IMG/VR virus record: IMGVR_UViG_2561511107_000003
Span: 6,264-70,263 of that record
From: a virus
Taxonomy: Duplodnaviria > Caudoviricetes
DNA length: 64,000 nucleotides
Strand: one strand, 5' to 3'
Numbering within the stretch: the stretch's first letter is position 1; each line of letters starts with the position of its first letter. The translations under genes were made by a program, and so were the position numbers. Positions 10,281 through 19,589 of the stretch are shown piece after piece. Below the pieces are notes generated by a model. That model ran no database searches. It was not told where the DNA came from and saw nothing but the letters and a program-made list of their open reading frames with translations.

Positions 10281-11540
10281 GTGGGCGTGAGGCTCCTCAA
10301 CGAAGTTCTCGACCACGCGCCGGCCGCCTGGACGCAGGCCGAGCGGCTGTTCATCGCCGTGCTCGCCGAGAAGGCGCGCGACACCACTCGTCGAGCATGG
10401 CCGGGGCAGGCGACGATCATGCGACGCACCGGGTTGAAAGCTGACAGCATCACTCGGCTGTGCCACCGCTTGGCCGCCAAGGGCTGGGAGTTTCGCGAGC
10501 AGCAGGGACTGGATCGGAAGGGCAAGCCGGTGTTCGCCCATCGGGGGCACGCCGCGGTGTACGTGATTCCGTCGATGTGCCCCCTGGGCGACCACGATCC
10601 GGACCGCTGCTTCCCCTTGAAAGCCCGGACGGTGGTCCGGCCTTTCTCTGAGGTTGAGGCACCTGAGAAGTCACCCTGGGACGGCGATTCTCCCGCCGAT
10701 GACGCCGATAGCCCGGACGACGGTCCGGCCAATAGCAACGAAAGCCCGGACGACGGTCCGGCCATTCCGGCGGAAACCCCGGACGGTGGTCCGGCCTTTA
10801 GCGAGAAAGCCCGGACGGTGGTCCGGGAAAGCCCGGACGGTGGTCCGGCCCTAACCGTCATAGATCCCTCAAACTTCAACCCTCAACCCGGTGCGGCGCG
10901 CGTACCCGAGGTTCCGGCACGGCGAACCACCAACCCCCTGCACATCGGCCGACAGAAGCCGCTGATCACCAAAAGCAACGTGAAGATCAGCGACCGGGAA
11001 CAGATCATCCTCGACTGGCTACGAGAAAACGACTACCCCGACGCCACCCATGCCGACGCCAAAGCCATCGACAAGATGACCCGCAACATGTGGCCCGGCA
11101 AGAACATCGGCTACCTGCGCGGTGTCGCCGCCAACAGCGGCTTCGACAACCAGTACCGCAAGGTCCGTGAGGAACGTGCCGAGAAAGTCGCCGACCAGAT
11201 TCGGCACTTAGAGAACACCCGACCTGCTTGCGCCCACGGCACCCTCGCCGGCAACGAACTCCACCCCACCCACGGCACCATGCTCTGCCCCCAATGCCGT
11301 GCCGGCATCCCGGCGAAACCCGACCAGCCCACCACCCCTCCCCCGGTGACAGCAGCCCTCGACGCCTACCGGCGTGCATACGACGGCTACCTCGCCACCT
11401 ACGACTTGATCAGCATCACCCAGCAGATCACCGCCCTGCACGCCGCAGGTGCCACCGGACAGCAACTCGTTGCCGTCGCCACCACCGCAGCCAAGACCGG
11501 CGACGGCATCCTCGCTGCCGCCGCACGGAAGGACTCCTAG
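10281..11540 (+). CDS. Phage replication initiator (lambda O-like HTH with internal iterons, C-terminal Zn ribbon)
   Basis: N-terminal AWPGQATIMRRTG HTH, repeat linker, directly upstream of DnaB. Confidence 0.75.
   Translation: MGVRLLNEVLDHAPAAWTQAERLFIAVLAEKARDTTRRAWPGQATIMRRTGLKADSITRLCHRLAAKGWEFREQQGLDRKGKPVFAHRGHAAVYVIPSMCPLGDHDPDRCFPLKARTVVRPFSEVEAPEKSPWDGDSPADDADSPDDGPANSNESPDDGPAIPAETPDGGPAFSEKARTVVRESPDGGPALTVIDPSNFNPQPGAARVPEVPARRTTNPLHIGRQKPLITKSNVKISDREQIILDWLRENDYPDATHADAKAIDKMTRNMWPGKNIGYLRGVAANSGFDNQYRKVREERAEKVADQIRHLENTRPACAHGTLAGNELHPTHGTMLCPQCRAGIPAKPDQPTTPPPVTAALDAYRRAYDGYLATYDLISITQQITALHAAGATGQQLVAVATTAAKTGDGILAAAARKDS
10620..10850. repeat. Six palindromic iterons, putative origin 1
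   Basis: CCGGAC-G(G/A)(T/C)G-GTCCGG six times. Confidence 0.8.
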
Positions 11541-12883
11541 TGCACACTGACATCGAACCAACGCAGCAACGCAGCAACCGTGCCCCCTCCTACGACACCG
11601 CCGCCGAACAGGTGGTCATCGGGATCCTGCTGTCCGACCCGAACGCCCCCCGCGCGGTGGAACCGCTACTCACCGACGAAGACTTCTACAGCCCGAAGAA
11701 CGCCGAACTGTTCGACACCATCATGCGGGCGGCATCTGACGGCACCCCCACCGAGCCGATCGCTATCGGGGCAGCACTCGCCGACCGCGGTGATCTCGAC
11801 CGACTCGGCGGTGCCCTGTACCTCAACGAGTGCGTCGCCACGGTTCCACTGGCCGCGCAACTCGGCTGGTACGCGAACCGCATCACCGAATGCGCGCAGC
11901 GGCGGGCGTACGAGCGAACCGGTGTCCAGCTAGTGAACGCCGCCACCTCACCCAGCCGTGACGTGAACGACTTGGCGGCGCTCGCCCACACACTCGTGGA
12001 GAAGGCGCAGCCACGTCGCCGCCAGTTGCAGATGACCGACCTGGGTTCGCTCATCAACCCCGGCTTGGACGAGATCGAGGCGCGGGGAAAGCGACCACCG
12101 GGTATCAGCACCGGCTACCACGACGTCGACCGGATGTTGGGTGGTCTGCGACCGAAGCAGCTCATCACGGTGGCGGGTGCTACGAGCATGGGAAAGAGCG
12201 TCGCCCTGATCGACATGGCCCGCTATATAGCGATCAAACTTCGCCGGAACGTCGCCTACTTCACCTTCGAGATGTCTAACGGCGAGGTGTTCGACCGGAT
12301 CCTGTCTGCCGAGACGGGGGTGCCGCATCGACTAATCCGTGACGGGATGCTCGAGGAAGAAGAGTGGTCGAAGGTCGCCAGCAAGATCGGCCCGATGTCA
12401 AACGCGCCGCTGTTCCTGACCGACAAAGCACCTATGACGGTGGCGAACATCAAGGATCACTGCAAGCGGCAGCAGGACGGGCCCGGCCTCGACGTGGTGT
12501 TCGTGGACCACATGCACCTGACGCTGCCCAGCAACCCGAAGATTGTGGACCGCACCGCGATCATGGCCGACGTCAGCCCGGCATTGAAGTTGATGGGACA
12601 GGAGCTTGACGTACCGGTGGTGGCCGCCGCGCAACTCAACCGGGGGCCGTCCGCCCGCCCGGACAAACTGCCCGAGTTGACCGACCTCAAGGGTTCGTCA
12701 TCGATCGAGCAGGACTCAAACGTGGTGATCCTTATCCACCGGCCCGACTACTACGACCAGGACTCACCGCGCCGAGGTGAGGTGGACTTCATCTTCGCCA
12801 AGAACCGCAACGGGGAGAAGGGCGTGGTCACGTTGGCCGCCCAATTGCACCTGTCCCGGTTCGTCGACATGGCCGCCCTTTAG
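11540..12883 (+). CDS. dnaB: Replicative DNA helicase
   Basis: AGATSMGKS Walker A, AQLNR, DLKGSSSIEQDS, AKNRNG. Confidence 0.95.
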   Translation: MHTDIEPTQQRSNRAPSYDTAAEQVVIGILLSDPNAPRAVEPLLTDEDFYSPKNAELFDTIMRAASDGTPTEPIAIGAALADRGDLDRLGGALYLNECVATVPLAAQLGWYANRITECAQRRAYERTGVQLVNAATSPSRDVNDLAALAHTLVEKAQPRRRQLQMTDLGSLINPGLDEIEARGKRPPGISTGYHDVDRMLGGLRPKQLITVAGATSMGKSVALIDMARYIAIKLRRNVAYFTFEMSNGEVFDRILSAETGVPHRLIRDGMLEEEEWSKVASKIGPMSNAPLFLTDKAPMTVANIKDHCKRQQDGPGLDVVFVDHMHLTLPSNPKIVDRTAIMADVSPALKLMGQELDVPVVAAAQLNRGPSARPDKLPELTDLKGSSSIEQDSNVVILIHRPDYYDQDSPRRGEVDFIFAKNRNGEKGVVTLAAQLHLSRFVDMAAL

Positions 12884-12972
12884 TTCCTCGCGGTGACACG
12901 AGCGCCCCTATCGCAAGCGCACACCCGACGACGTGTCGGCCCGAATCCGCCGCCCGCGTGAGGAGACCACCG

Positions 12973-13107
12973 GTGAAACCACCCATCAGCTACTACGGCA
13001 GCAAGACCAGCATCGCCGACCAGATCGTGCGGCACCTACCCGAGCACGAGCACTACGTGGAGCCCTTCGCCGGCTCTCTCGCCGTCCTGCTCGCCAAGCC
13101 GCCGCCT
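12973..13107 (+). pseudogene. Truncated Dam/D12-class DNA adenine methyltransferase
   Basis: PISYYGSK...YVEPFAGSLAVLLAKP, then loses similarity; no DPPY. Confidence 0.75.
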
Positions 13108-13120
13108 GAGGAGACCCACC

Positions 13121-13294
13121 ATGACCACGCCCAAGCCATGCGACTGGTGCCGCAAACCCGGCGCCACACACACCGCCAACGACCACCCACTTCCACCCGA
13201 GCACTCCGACTACGACCTGTTCTACGACGCCAGCGACCAGGAGTTCGCCGCCATGATCCTCGGCGCACTCAAGACCTCGGAGGACCAGCCGTGA
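13121..13294 (+). CDS. Small hypothetical protein (MTTPKPCDWC...)
   Basis: GAGGAG RBS, 57 aa. Confidence 0.55.
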   Translation: MTTPKPCDWCRKPGATHTANDHPLPPEHSDYDLFYDASDQEFAAMILGALKTSEDQP

Positions 13295-13391
13295 CCCAGC
13301 ACCCCCGCCGCCTGGCCGTTTACGGCGAATGCCGCCACCACATCACCACCTGGGTCGGGGCGGTCGACGCGCTCGCCGCGGAGGCAGCTCG

Positions 13392-15170
13392 ATGATCCGC
13401 AGCACTCGTCGCACAGCCGAGCATCGACCGGCCACCCGCCGCCGACGATTCGCCCACGACGACCTGGTTGCAGTTGATCTCTTCTCGGGTTTCGGAGGGC
13501 TGACCCGCGGCATCGAGCAGGCCGGATTCACCACGATCATGGCGGCAAACCACAACACCTACAAGGTCAAGGTGCACGAAGCCAACCACCCAGCCGCCGA
13601 ACACTGGATCGCCGACCTAGTCAACTCAGAGTCCTCCGACTACCACTCGGCCCGTGACCTACCCGCCGCCGACATCCTCGTGGCCGGCGTCAGCTGCACC
13701 AACCACTCGATCGCGAACACGCAGAGGGCGTACGAGCAGCGGATGAGCCTGTTCGACCTTGACGACCCGGACTTCGACGCGCGAGTAACACGCAGCGAAC
13801 GAGACCGCGCGACCGCGAACTGTGTTCTGCACTACGCCGCCCAGCACCACCCGCGCATGATCCTCGTCGAGTGCACGACCGAACTAACCTCCTGGGGCCC
13901 CGCCATTCCCGGACGCCCGAAGATCGGCGACGGAACTACGTACCGGTGGTGGCTCAAGCAGTTCGACAACCTGGGCTACCAACACCGAGTGCTGTACCTA
14001 AACTCCATGTTCTTCGGGGTTCCCCAGTCACGAGACCGGTACTACTGCGTGTTCTGGGACAAGGGCATGCACTCCCCAGACCTGGAGCACCGCCCAACGT
14101 CGTGGTGTGGTCGGTGCTCCGAACTCGTACCCGCGGTGTGGTCCTGGAAGACCGGCGTCCCACCGACCGGGGCAGTGCGCTACGGCAAGCAGTACAACTA
14201 CCGCTGCCCGCGCTGCCGCACCGAGATCATCCCGCCGATGACCCCTTCGATCAACGCCCTTGATCTCAGCGACCTCGGCCCCCGGATCGGCGATCGCACT
14301 ACCCCGCTCGCCCCGGCGACGATGGCCCGCGCCGAACGTTGCCGGCAGCGGTTCGCCGAGTTCCCCGCGGTCCTCAAGCGCGTTGAGGCGGCACCCGGCC
14401 AGGAAACCACGCTGCTCACCACCAGTGAGATCGGACAGTGCGCCGCGCTCACGGGTCAGGTGTTCGCAGCACATCGGCACAACGGTGACGGCCAGAACAT
14501 CAGCCGGCCGATGGACACCGTCACGTCGACCCACGAGAAGGCGGTACTGCTCGCCGCAGTCAACAACTACCAAGGCGGTCCGCGCGGAATCGGTGAACCA
14601 CTACCGACGCAGGGCGGCTCAGAAACCATGGGCCTGCTCACCGCATCAGGCGGCGTCGGCCTCCCCTCCCCCAGCGTCGCGCCGCTCCGCCGGAACACTG
14701 TGCCAACCCTGCGCGCCGAGCTGGCGTCGGCGGTGACCTCCGACCAGACCCCCGGCATGCTCACCGCAGCCGGATTCATCAAGAACAACGGCACAATCGG
14801 CGAGTCCAAATACCGAGCACACCCCGTCAGTCACCCGCTTGGCGCAGTCGTCGCGTCCAGCGCCAACCAAGGACTCCTATTTTCCGGTTGGCACGCGCCG
14901 ACCGACACCGAGCCGGCCCCTGAATGGTGGATCGAAGCACTCGCTGGCCTGACGCTTGAGAACTGCCACTTCCGGATGCTCGGCAAGCACGAAGTCGGCC
15001 GCGGATGCGGATTCGACGTCGACTTCGCCGACCACCAGGGCAGCTTCGTCGTATGGGGCTCCGCGCGGGACCAGGTGGACGGGTTCGGTAACGCCGTATC
15101 ACCACAGGTCGGTGAGTGGATTGGGTCGCGACTGCGGGCTGCGCTACACGGGCAGGGGCCTCAGCTGTGA
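13392..15170 (+). CDS. C5 cytosine DNA methyltransferase
   Basis: DLFSGFGG (motif I), SCTNHS (motif IV), PQSRDRY (motif VIII), FGNAVSP (motif X). Confidence 0.9.
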   Translation: MIRSTRRTAEHRPATRRRRFAHDDLVAVDLFSGFGGLTRGIEQAGFTTIMAANHNTYKVKVHEANHPAAEHWIADLVNSESSDYHSARDLPAADILVAGVSCTNHSIANTQRAYEQRMSLFDLDDPDFDARVTRSERDRATANCVLHYAAQHHPRMILVECTTELTSWGPAIPGRPKIGDGTTYRWWLKQFDNLGYQHRVLYLNSMFFGVPQSRDRYYCVFWDKGMHSPDLEHRPTSWCGRCSELVPAVWSWKTGVPPTGAVRYGKQYNYRCPRCRTEIIPPMTPSINALDLSDLGPRIGDRTTPLAPATMARAERCRQRFAEFPAVLKRVEAAPGQETTLLTTSEIGQCAALTGQVFAAHRHNGDGQNISRPMDTVTSTHEKAVLLAAVNNYQGGPRGIGEPLPTQGGSETMGLLTASGGVGLPSPSVAPLRRNTVPTLRAELASAVTSDQTPGMLTAAGFIKNNGTIGESKYRAHPVSHPLGAVVASSANQGLLFSGWHAPTDTEPAPEWWIEALAGLTLENCHFRMLGKHEVGRGCGFDVDFADHQGSFVVWGSARDQVDGFGNAVSPQVGEWIGSRLRAALHGQGPQL

Positions 15171-15300
15171 CTCGACCACACCGCCGGTGGTGCCCACCCC
15201 ACCGTCGCGTCGAGCTAAACGAGATCAGTCGAGGCCCGTCCTACCCGGCTTCCCACCCGCCACCCATGCCCTACTCAGGCCCACAACGGCAGGCGACATC

Positions 15301-16122
15301 ATGAGCAACCCCATGCGCAAACAGCAGCCCACGCGGTCCGACGACCCCGCCAAGGACCCCAGCAAACACGCCTACTACGGCGGTCGCCGTAAGGACGGCA
15401 GTCCCTGCGGCGGTCGGGTTGTGGAGGGCACCAGGACCTGCCGAATGCATGCCGGCAAGCCGCTTGCGCAGGTGAAGGCCGAGGGTCAGATGCGGGTGGA
15501 GGTGCGGCGGTGGATGCTCGACGACCACGATGGCACCAGCGTGGATCCCCGATCAATGTTGCTGAACCTGATCGCGTTTTGGCGGTGGAAGACGAACCAC
15601 TACGGGCGGCTGATCGGGGAGGCGTACGAGGCGGCGGAGCGGCTGCGGGAGGCGCATGCCGCCAGCGCCCTGATCGTCACCCCGGGCCCTGGGGAGAATG
15701 ACGACGGCGAGCACCCCGCTGTGCAGTCGGCTCGCGCCGACCTAGAACGGATCTTCACCACCGGTGGGGTCGCGGCGCTGGTCGGCAACCGGTACGACGC
15801 GGATCGCGCCGGCCGGGTGTACGCAGTCGATGAGGGCGTGCGGGCGCTCGTGAGGCTGGAGGGCGAGGCGTCGGATCGGGTGGCGCGGTACTGCGCGCTG
15901 GCGATCCAGGCCAAGGTCGCCGAGGCCCGCATCGAACTGGCGCAGCAGGTCGGGGCGATGATCGCGACGGTGATTGTGGGCGTGCTCGGGGATCTGGGTG
16001 TGTCGGCCGACGAGCGGGTTATGGGCCTGGTTGCTTCGCACATGGATCTGGTGGCGGGAGGTTCCTCGCCCGTGGTCGAGGGGCGCACCGGGAAGCTGAC
16101 GCCGAAACCGGCCGCCGGATAG
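15301..16122 (+). CDS. Putative terminase small subunit (HGGxSTG-like)
   Basis: GRRKDGSPC...TCRMHAG N-terminus and helical C-terminus. Confidence 0.5.
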   Translation: MSNPMRKQQPTRSDDPAKDPSKHAYYGGRRKDGSPCGGRVVEGTRTCRMHAGKPLAQVKAEGQMRVEVRRWMLDDHDGTSVDPRSMLLNLIAFWRWKTNHYGRLIGEAYEAAERLREAHAASALIVTPGPGENDDGEHPAVQSARADLERIFTTGGVAALVGNRYDADRAGRVYAVDEGVRALVRLEGEASDRVARYCALAIQAKVAEARIELAQQVGAMIATVIVGVLGDLGVSADERVMGLVASHMDLVAGGSSPVVEGRTGKLTPKPAAG

Positions 16123-16245
16123 CGAAAGCGGCCCGGTATCCCCCCTCCCCAAGGTACCGGACCGCCAACACCGCACCGTCGCCTCACCAAGCACCGGGCG
16201 ACTACCACAAGCGTACCGTCACCAGCGCGAACGGAGATTACCGAC

Positions 16246-17367
16246 ATGGCCATCTGCCCCGTCGACTGCACATGCCACAGCTCCCCGTACACGCCCTGCA
16301 CCGCCCCCGGCGGCTGCGGCTCGGCCGGCTGCACACTCGCCGGCTGCGCTGCCTGCCGGAGGCGCCCCCGCGACACCGGCCAGGTGTGCGAGTCGTGCCG
16401 CCTCTGGCTATCCAGCGCCTTACGCGCCATTCCGGAGCTCGCCAGCCGCGCCCGCGACGAGCTGATCCCCGCCGACGACAGCAGCAGCCGCGCCGTGTTG
16501 GTGTGCCGCACCTGCGGCGTTACCGCCCCGGCCGGTGCCGTCCCCCACCATCCCGGCCGGCCCGAGTACGACCGTTCACCCACGCGCGGGCACGCGGGCT
16601 GGGTGCCCCGCCGTGTCATCGGCCACGCTGGCGGTCCGGTGCGCTCCGTGGCCTCCGACACCATCGTCACCGGCGGTGACGGTGAGGCGTCCGTCCCTAT
16701 CGACCTGCACCTGCACGACCTGCTTGCCCCAGTGGTCCGTGACGGCGGCCGGCCCATCGACACCACTGGCGACAACTGGGTGCAGGCCCTGGACACCCAG
16801 CCCCGCACCGTGTGGGTCAACAACGGCTCCAAGGGCAGGCGCAGGGCCACCGTGCTTGACCGGCGGCCACGGCGTGACGCCGCCGGCCACAGGGTGATGA
16901 CTCCTGCCGGCGACCAGATCGGTGAAGTGCCCATCGCCCAGATCCTCGACCAGGAGGTACGCGCGTGGATTGATGCCGGCGCTCCCGGCGGCTCGTTCCG
17001 GCCGGCCCCGAGTATCGACGGCCTCGTTGACTGGCTGATCACACGCCTTGACTGGGCGTGCGACTGGTACGCGGGGATCGACGTTTTCGCCGATGCCGTG
17101 CGGCAGATCCGCGGGCGGATGATGGCCGCGCTCGGGGACCTCGACCCGGAGCCGGAACGCTGCGAGGGTGTCGCGTGCAGCCGGTGTGACTTGCGGATGT
17201 TGTTCCGTCGACAGGACGGTTCGGGGGATGTGGAGTGCCAGAATCCGGACTGCCTGAGGGTGTTCACCGCCGTCGAGTACCGGGACCTGGTGGCGGCTCG
17301 GGCCGCCGATGAACGGGGCCGGCGGGATCCGCAGGAGGTGGCGGCGTTGATGCGGCGGCCACGCTGA
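16246..17367 (+). CDS. Multi-Zn-finger protein, putative late regulator
   Basis: Several CxxC pairs; position between replication and packaging genes. Confidence 0.6.
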   Translation: MAICPVDCTCHSSPYTPCTAPGGCGSAGCTLAGCAACRRRPRDTGQVCESCRLWLSSALRAIPELASRARDELIPADDSSSRAVLVCRTCGVTAPAGAVPHHPGRPEYDRSPTRGHAGWVPRRVIGHAGGPVRSVASDTIVTGGDGEASVPIDLHLHDLLAPVVRDGGRPIDTTGDNWVQALDTQPRTVWVNNGSKGRRRATVLDRRPRRDAAGHRVMTPAGDQIGEVPIAQILDQEVRAWIDAGAPGGSFRPAPSIDGLVDWLITRLDWACDWYAGIDVFADAVRQIRGRMMAALGDLDPEPERCEGVACSRCDLRMLFRRQDGSGDVECQNPDCLRVFTAVEYRDLVAARAADERGRRDPQEVAALMRRPR

Positions 17368-17460
17368 GCGGCTGCCAGCCGCAGGTGATCCCCGCAAACT
17401 GGCGGAATCGTTGATCAGCATTTACGGTGGGTGTTGGCAGATTCTGCCCACTGAACGTTA

Positions 17461-17494
17461 CGAAGCCCCGCACCGAACTGGTTGCGGGGCTTCG
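17461..17494. terminator. Stem-loop
   Basis: CGAAGCCCCGCA-N10-TGCGGGGCTTCG. Confidence 0.55.
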
Positions 17495-17522
17495 ACGTAC
17501 CCGCCGACGGGGGTGAGCTACC

Positions 17523-17804
17523 GTGTGGCCCTCAGCCGATCCGGACACACCCCTGACCGCGAAGGAGCTCGCGCTCGCCCTGGGAGTGTCTCCGCAGCTG
17601 GTGAACCGGTGGCACACCGACGGCTACCTGAACCGCGACGGCGAGCACGTGTGCTTGCCGATGGCGGATCGCAACCGGCGGGGACACCGACGTTTCCGCT
17701 ACCTGGACGGGGCGAGGGCTGAGGCGGCGACGCGTCGGTCGGCGAAGTCGTTCCGCAAACCCCCGGCCGGCCCCGCAGTAGTGGACTGCAGGGCCGCGGG
17801 CTGA
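17523..17804 (+). CDS. MerR-like HTH protein
   Basis: LTAKELALALGVSPQLVNRW...GHRRFRY. Confidence 0.7.
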   Translation: MWPSADPDTPLTAKELALALGVSPQLVNRWHTDGYLNRDGEHVCLPMADRNRRGHRRFRYLDGARAEAATRRSAKSFRKPPAGPAVVDCRAAG

Positions 17805-17811
17805 CCGGTTG

Positions 17812-18000
17812 CTACTTCACCTCGGCCCTGTGCCATTTGTCGGGGTGGAACACCGCGACCGTGTCGATCGGGCCACCGGCCCCGAGTACGAACAGGTGAC
17901 CGTCACGAACGTCCAGCATCCGCCCATCCGGATACGTGAAACTCTGCAAGTGCCCGGAATGCGGGCCCGTCACAACGACATGCTTTTCCTCATCGGACAT
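17812..18000 (-). CDS. Small antisense-oriented hypothetical protein
   Basis: 62-aa beta-rich ORF filling the gap before terL. Confidence 0.55.
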   Translation of the reverse strand: MSDEEKHVVVTGPHSGHLQSFTYPDGRMLDVRDGHLFVLGAGGPIDTVAVFHPDKWHRAEVK

Positions 18001-18063
18001 GACGGGAAGGGTAGACGGGTGGTCTGACAATCCGAAGCTGGCAACAACCGGGGAGGTAGGCGC

Positions 18064-19578
18064 ATGGCCCTCCTCGACATTCAACTGGCATGGGCGGAGG
18101 CGACCGATCGGTTCAAACCGAAGCCGCCTTCTCCTTATCTAACCGACCCGGTCGGCTGGTGCCAGAACCGGCTCGGCGAATTCCTGTGGTCCAAGCAGCG
18201 GGAAATCGCCGAAAGCGTGCGCGACAACCGGCGTACCGCCGTTAAGTCGTGCCACAACGCTGGCAAGTCGTGGATCGCCTCGCGGGTCGCCGCCTGGTGG
18301 CTCGACACCCACCCCCCAGGTGAGGCAATCGTCGTGTCGACGGCACCCACCTACAAGCAGGTCCACGCGATCCTGTGGGAGGAAATCCGCGCTGCGGCGA
18401 GGAAGGCCACCAGCCGGGGAGACCCACTTCCGGGCCGGGTACTGCAGTCGGACGAATGGAAACTTGACGACGGCACGCTCATCGGGTTCGGACGTAAACC
18501 GGCCGACACCGATGAGCACGGATTTCAGGGTATCCACCGCCGATGGGTGCTGGTCATTCTCGATGAGGCGTGCGGTGTTCCCACGCAGCTCTACACCGCG
18601 GTGGAGGCGATCACCACCAACGCCGACTGCCGAATCTTGGCGATCGGTAACCCGGATGACCCGGGGTCGGAGTTCCACGAGGTGTGCAAGGCCGGCTCGG
18701 GATGGCACGTCATTCGTATTTCCGGGTTGGAAACACCAAACATGACCGCCGAGCGGGTCGCCGGGCAGATGGGCCTAACCGACCTGTTCGACACCCTCGA
18801 TGTGAGCCCGTGTAACGAGTCTGTGCCAGAGGGCCTGCGTCCGTTGATGCTCGACCCCGAGTGGGTCGCCGACAAGGTGCGCCGCTGGGGTGTCACATCT
18901 CCCCGCTTCATGTCCAAGGTGCTCGGCGAGTTCCCGGAGATCGGCGACGACGTTCTTATCCCGCCAGCGTGGATCACCGCCGCGCAGGAACGCGTGTCGG
19001 CGCCGGGCCCGTGGGCGATCCTCGGCGTCGACGTCGCCCGCTACGGCTCTGATCGCACAGTCCTGTGTCTGCGGCAGGGTCCCATCGCCCGGATCGTCGG
19101 CGACCATTCCATGCAGGCCACCACCGACACCACCGGGAAAGTCGTCCGCGCCAAACACGACCACGACGTCAACGAGATCCGCGTAGACGGGGTTGGGGTC
19201 GGCGGCGGCGTCGTCGACCAACTCCTCGAACTCGGCCACGACGTCATCGACATGCAGGCCGGCGGCGGTGCCGTCGACTCCGAGCACTACCTCAACGCGC
19301 GGGCGGAGTGGTATTGGGGTCTGCGGGAGCGATTCGAAGCCGGCGACATGGACATCGACCCGGACGACGATGATCTGGCCGCTCAACTCGGTGCGATCAA
19401 GTACAAGATCACGTCCCGGGGGCAGATCCAGATCGAGTCAAAAGATGAGATGCGCAAGCGTGGCCTCCCGTCTCCCGACAAAGCTGACGCGCTGATGCTG
19501 ACCGGCGTGGCCACCCCTCTGCCAGAACAGATTGTCGAAGACGACGAGGACGGCGAGTTCGGTATCTCACCGGTATAG
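18064..19578 (+). CDS. terL: Terminase large subunit
   Basis: SCHNAGKS Walker A, ILDEA Walker B, GVDVARYGSD and SPDKADAL nuclease motifs. Confidence 0.95.
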   Translation: MALLDIQLAWAEATDRFKPKPPSPYLTDPVGWCQNRLGEFLWSKQREIAESVRDNRRTAVKSCHNAGKSWIASRVAAWWLDTHPPGEAIVVSTAPTYKQVHAILWEEIRAAARKATSRGDPLPGRVLQSDEWKLDDGTLIGFGRKPADTDEHGFQGIHRRWVLVILDEACGVPTQLYTAVEAITTNADCRILAIGNPDDPGSEFHEVCKAGSGWHVIRISGLETPNMTAERVAGQMGLTDLFDTLDVSPCNESVPEGLRPLMLDPEWVADKVRRWGVTSPRFMSKVLGEFPEIGDDVLIPPAWITAAQERVSAPGPWAILGVDVARYGSDRTVLCLRQGPIARIVGDHSMQATTDTTGKVVRAKHDHDVNEIRVDGVGVGGGVVDQLLELGHDVIDMQAGGGAVDSEHYLNARAEWYWGLRERFEAGDMDIDPDDDDLAAQLGAIKYKITSRGQIQIESKDEMRKRGLPSPDKADALMLTGVATPLPEQIVEDDEDGEFGISPV

Positions 19579-19589
19579 GGGGTCATTGT

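Noticed and set aside
17461-17494. CCCCGC...GCGGGG stem as another CRISPR repeat
   Set aside because: Loop too long, no 8-nt handle, no partner repeat; looks like a terminator or attenuator
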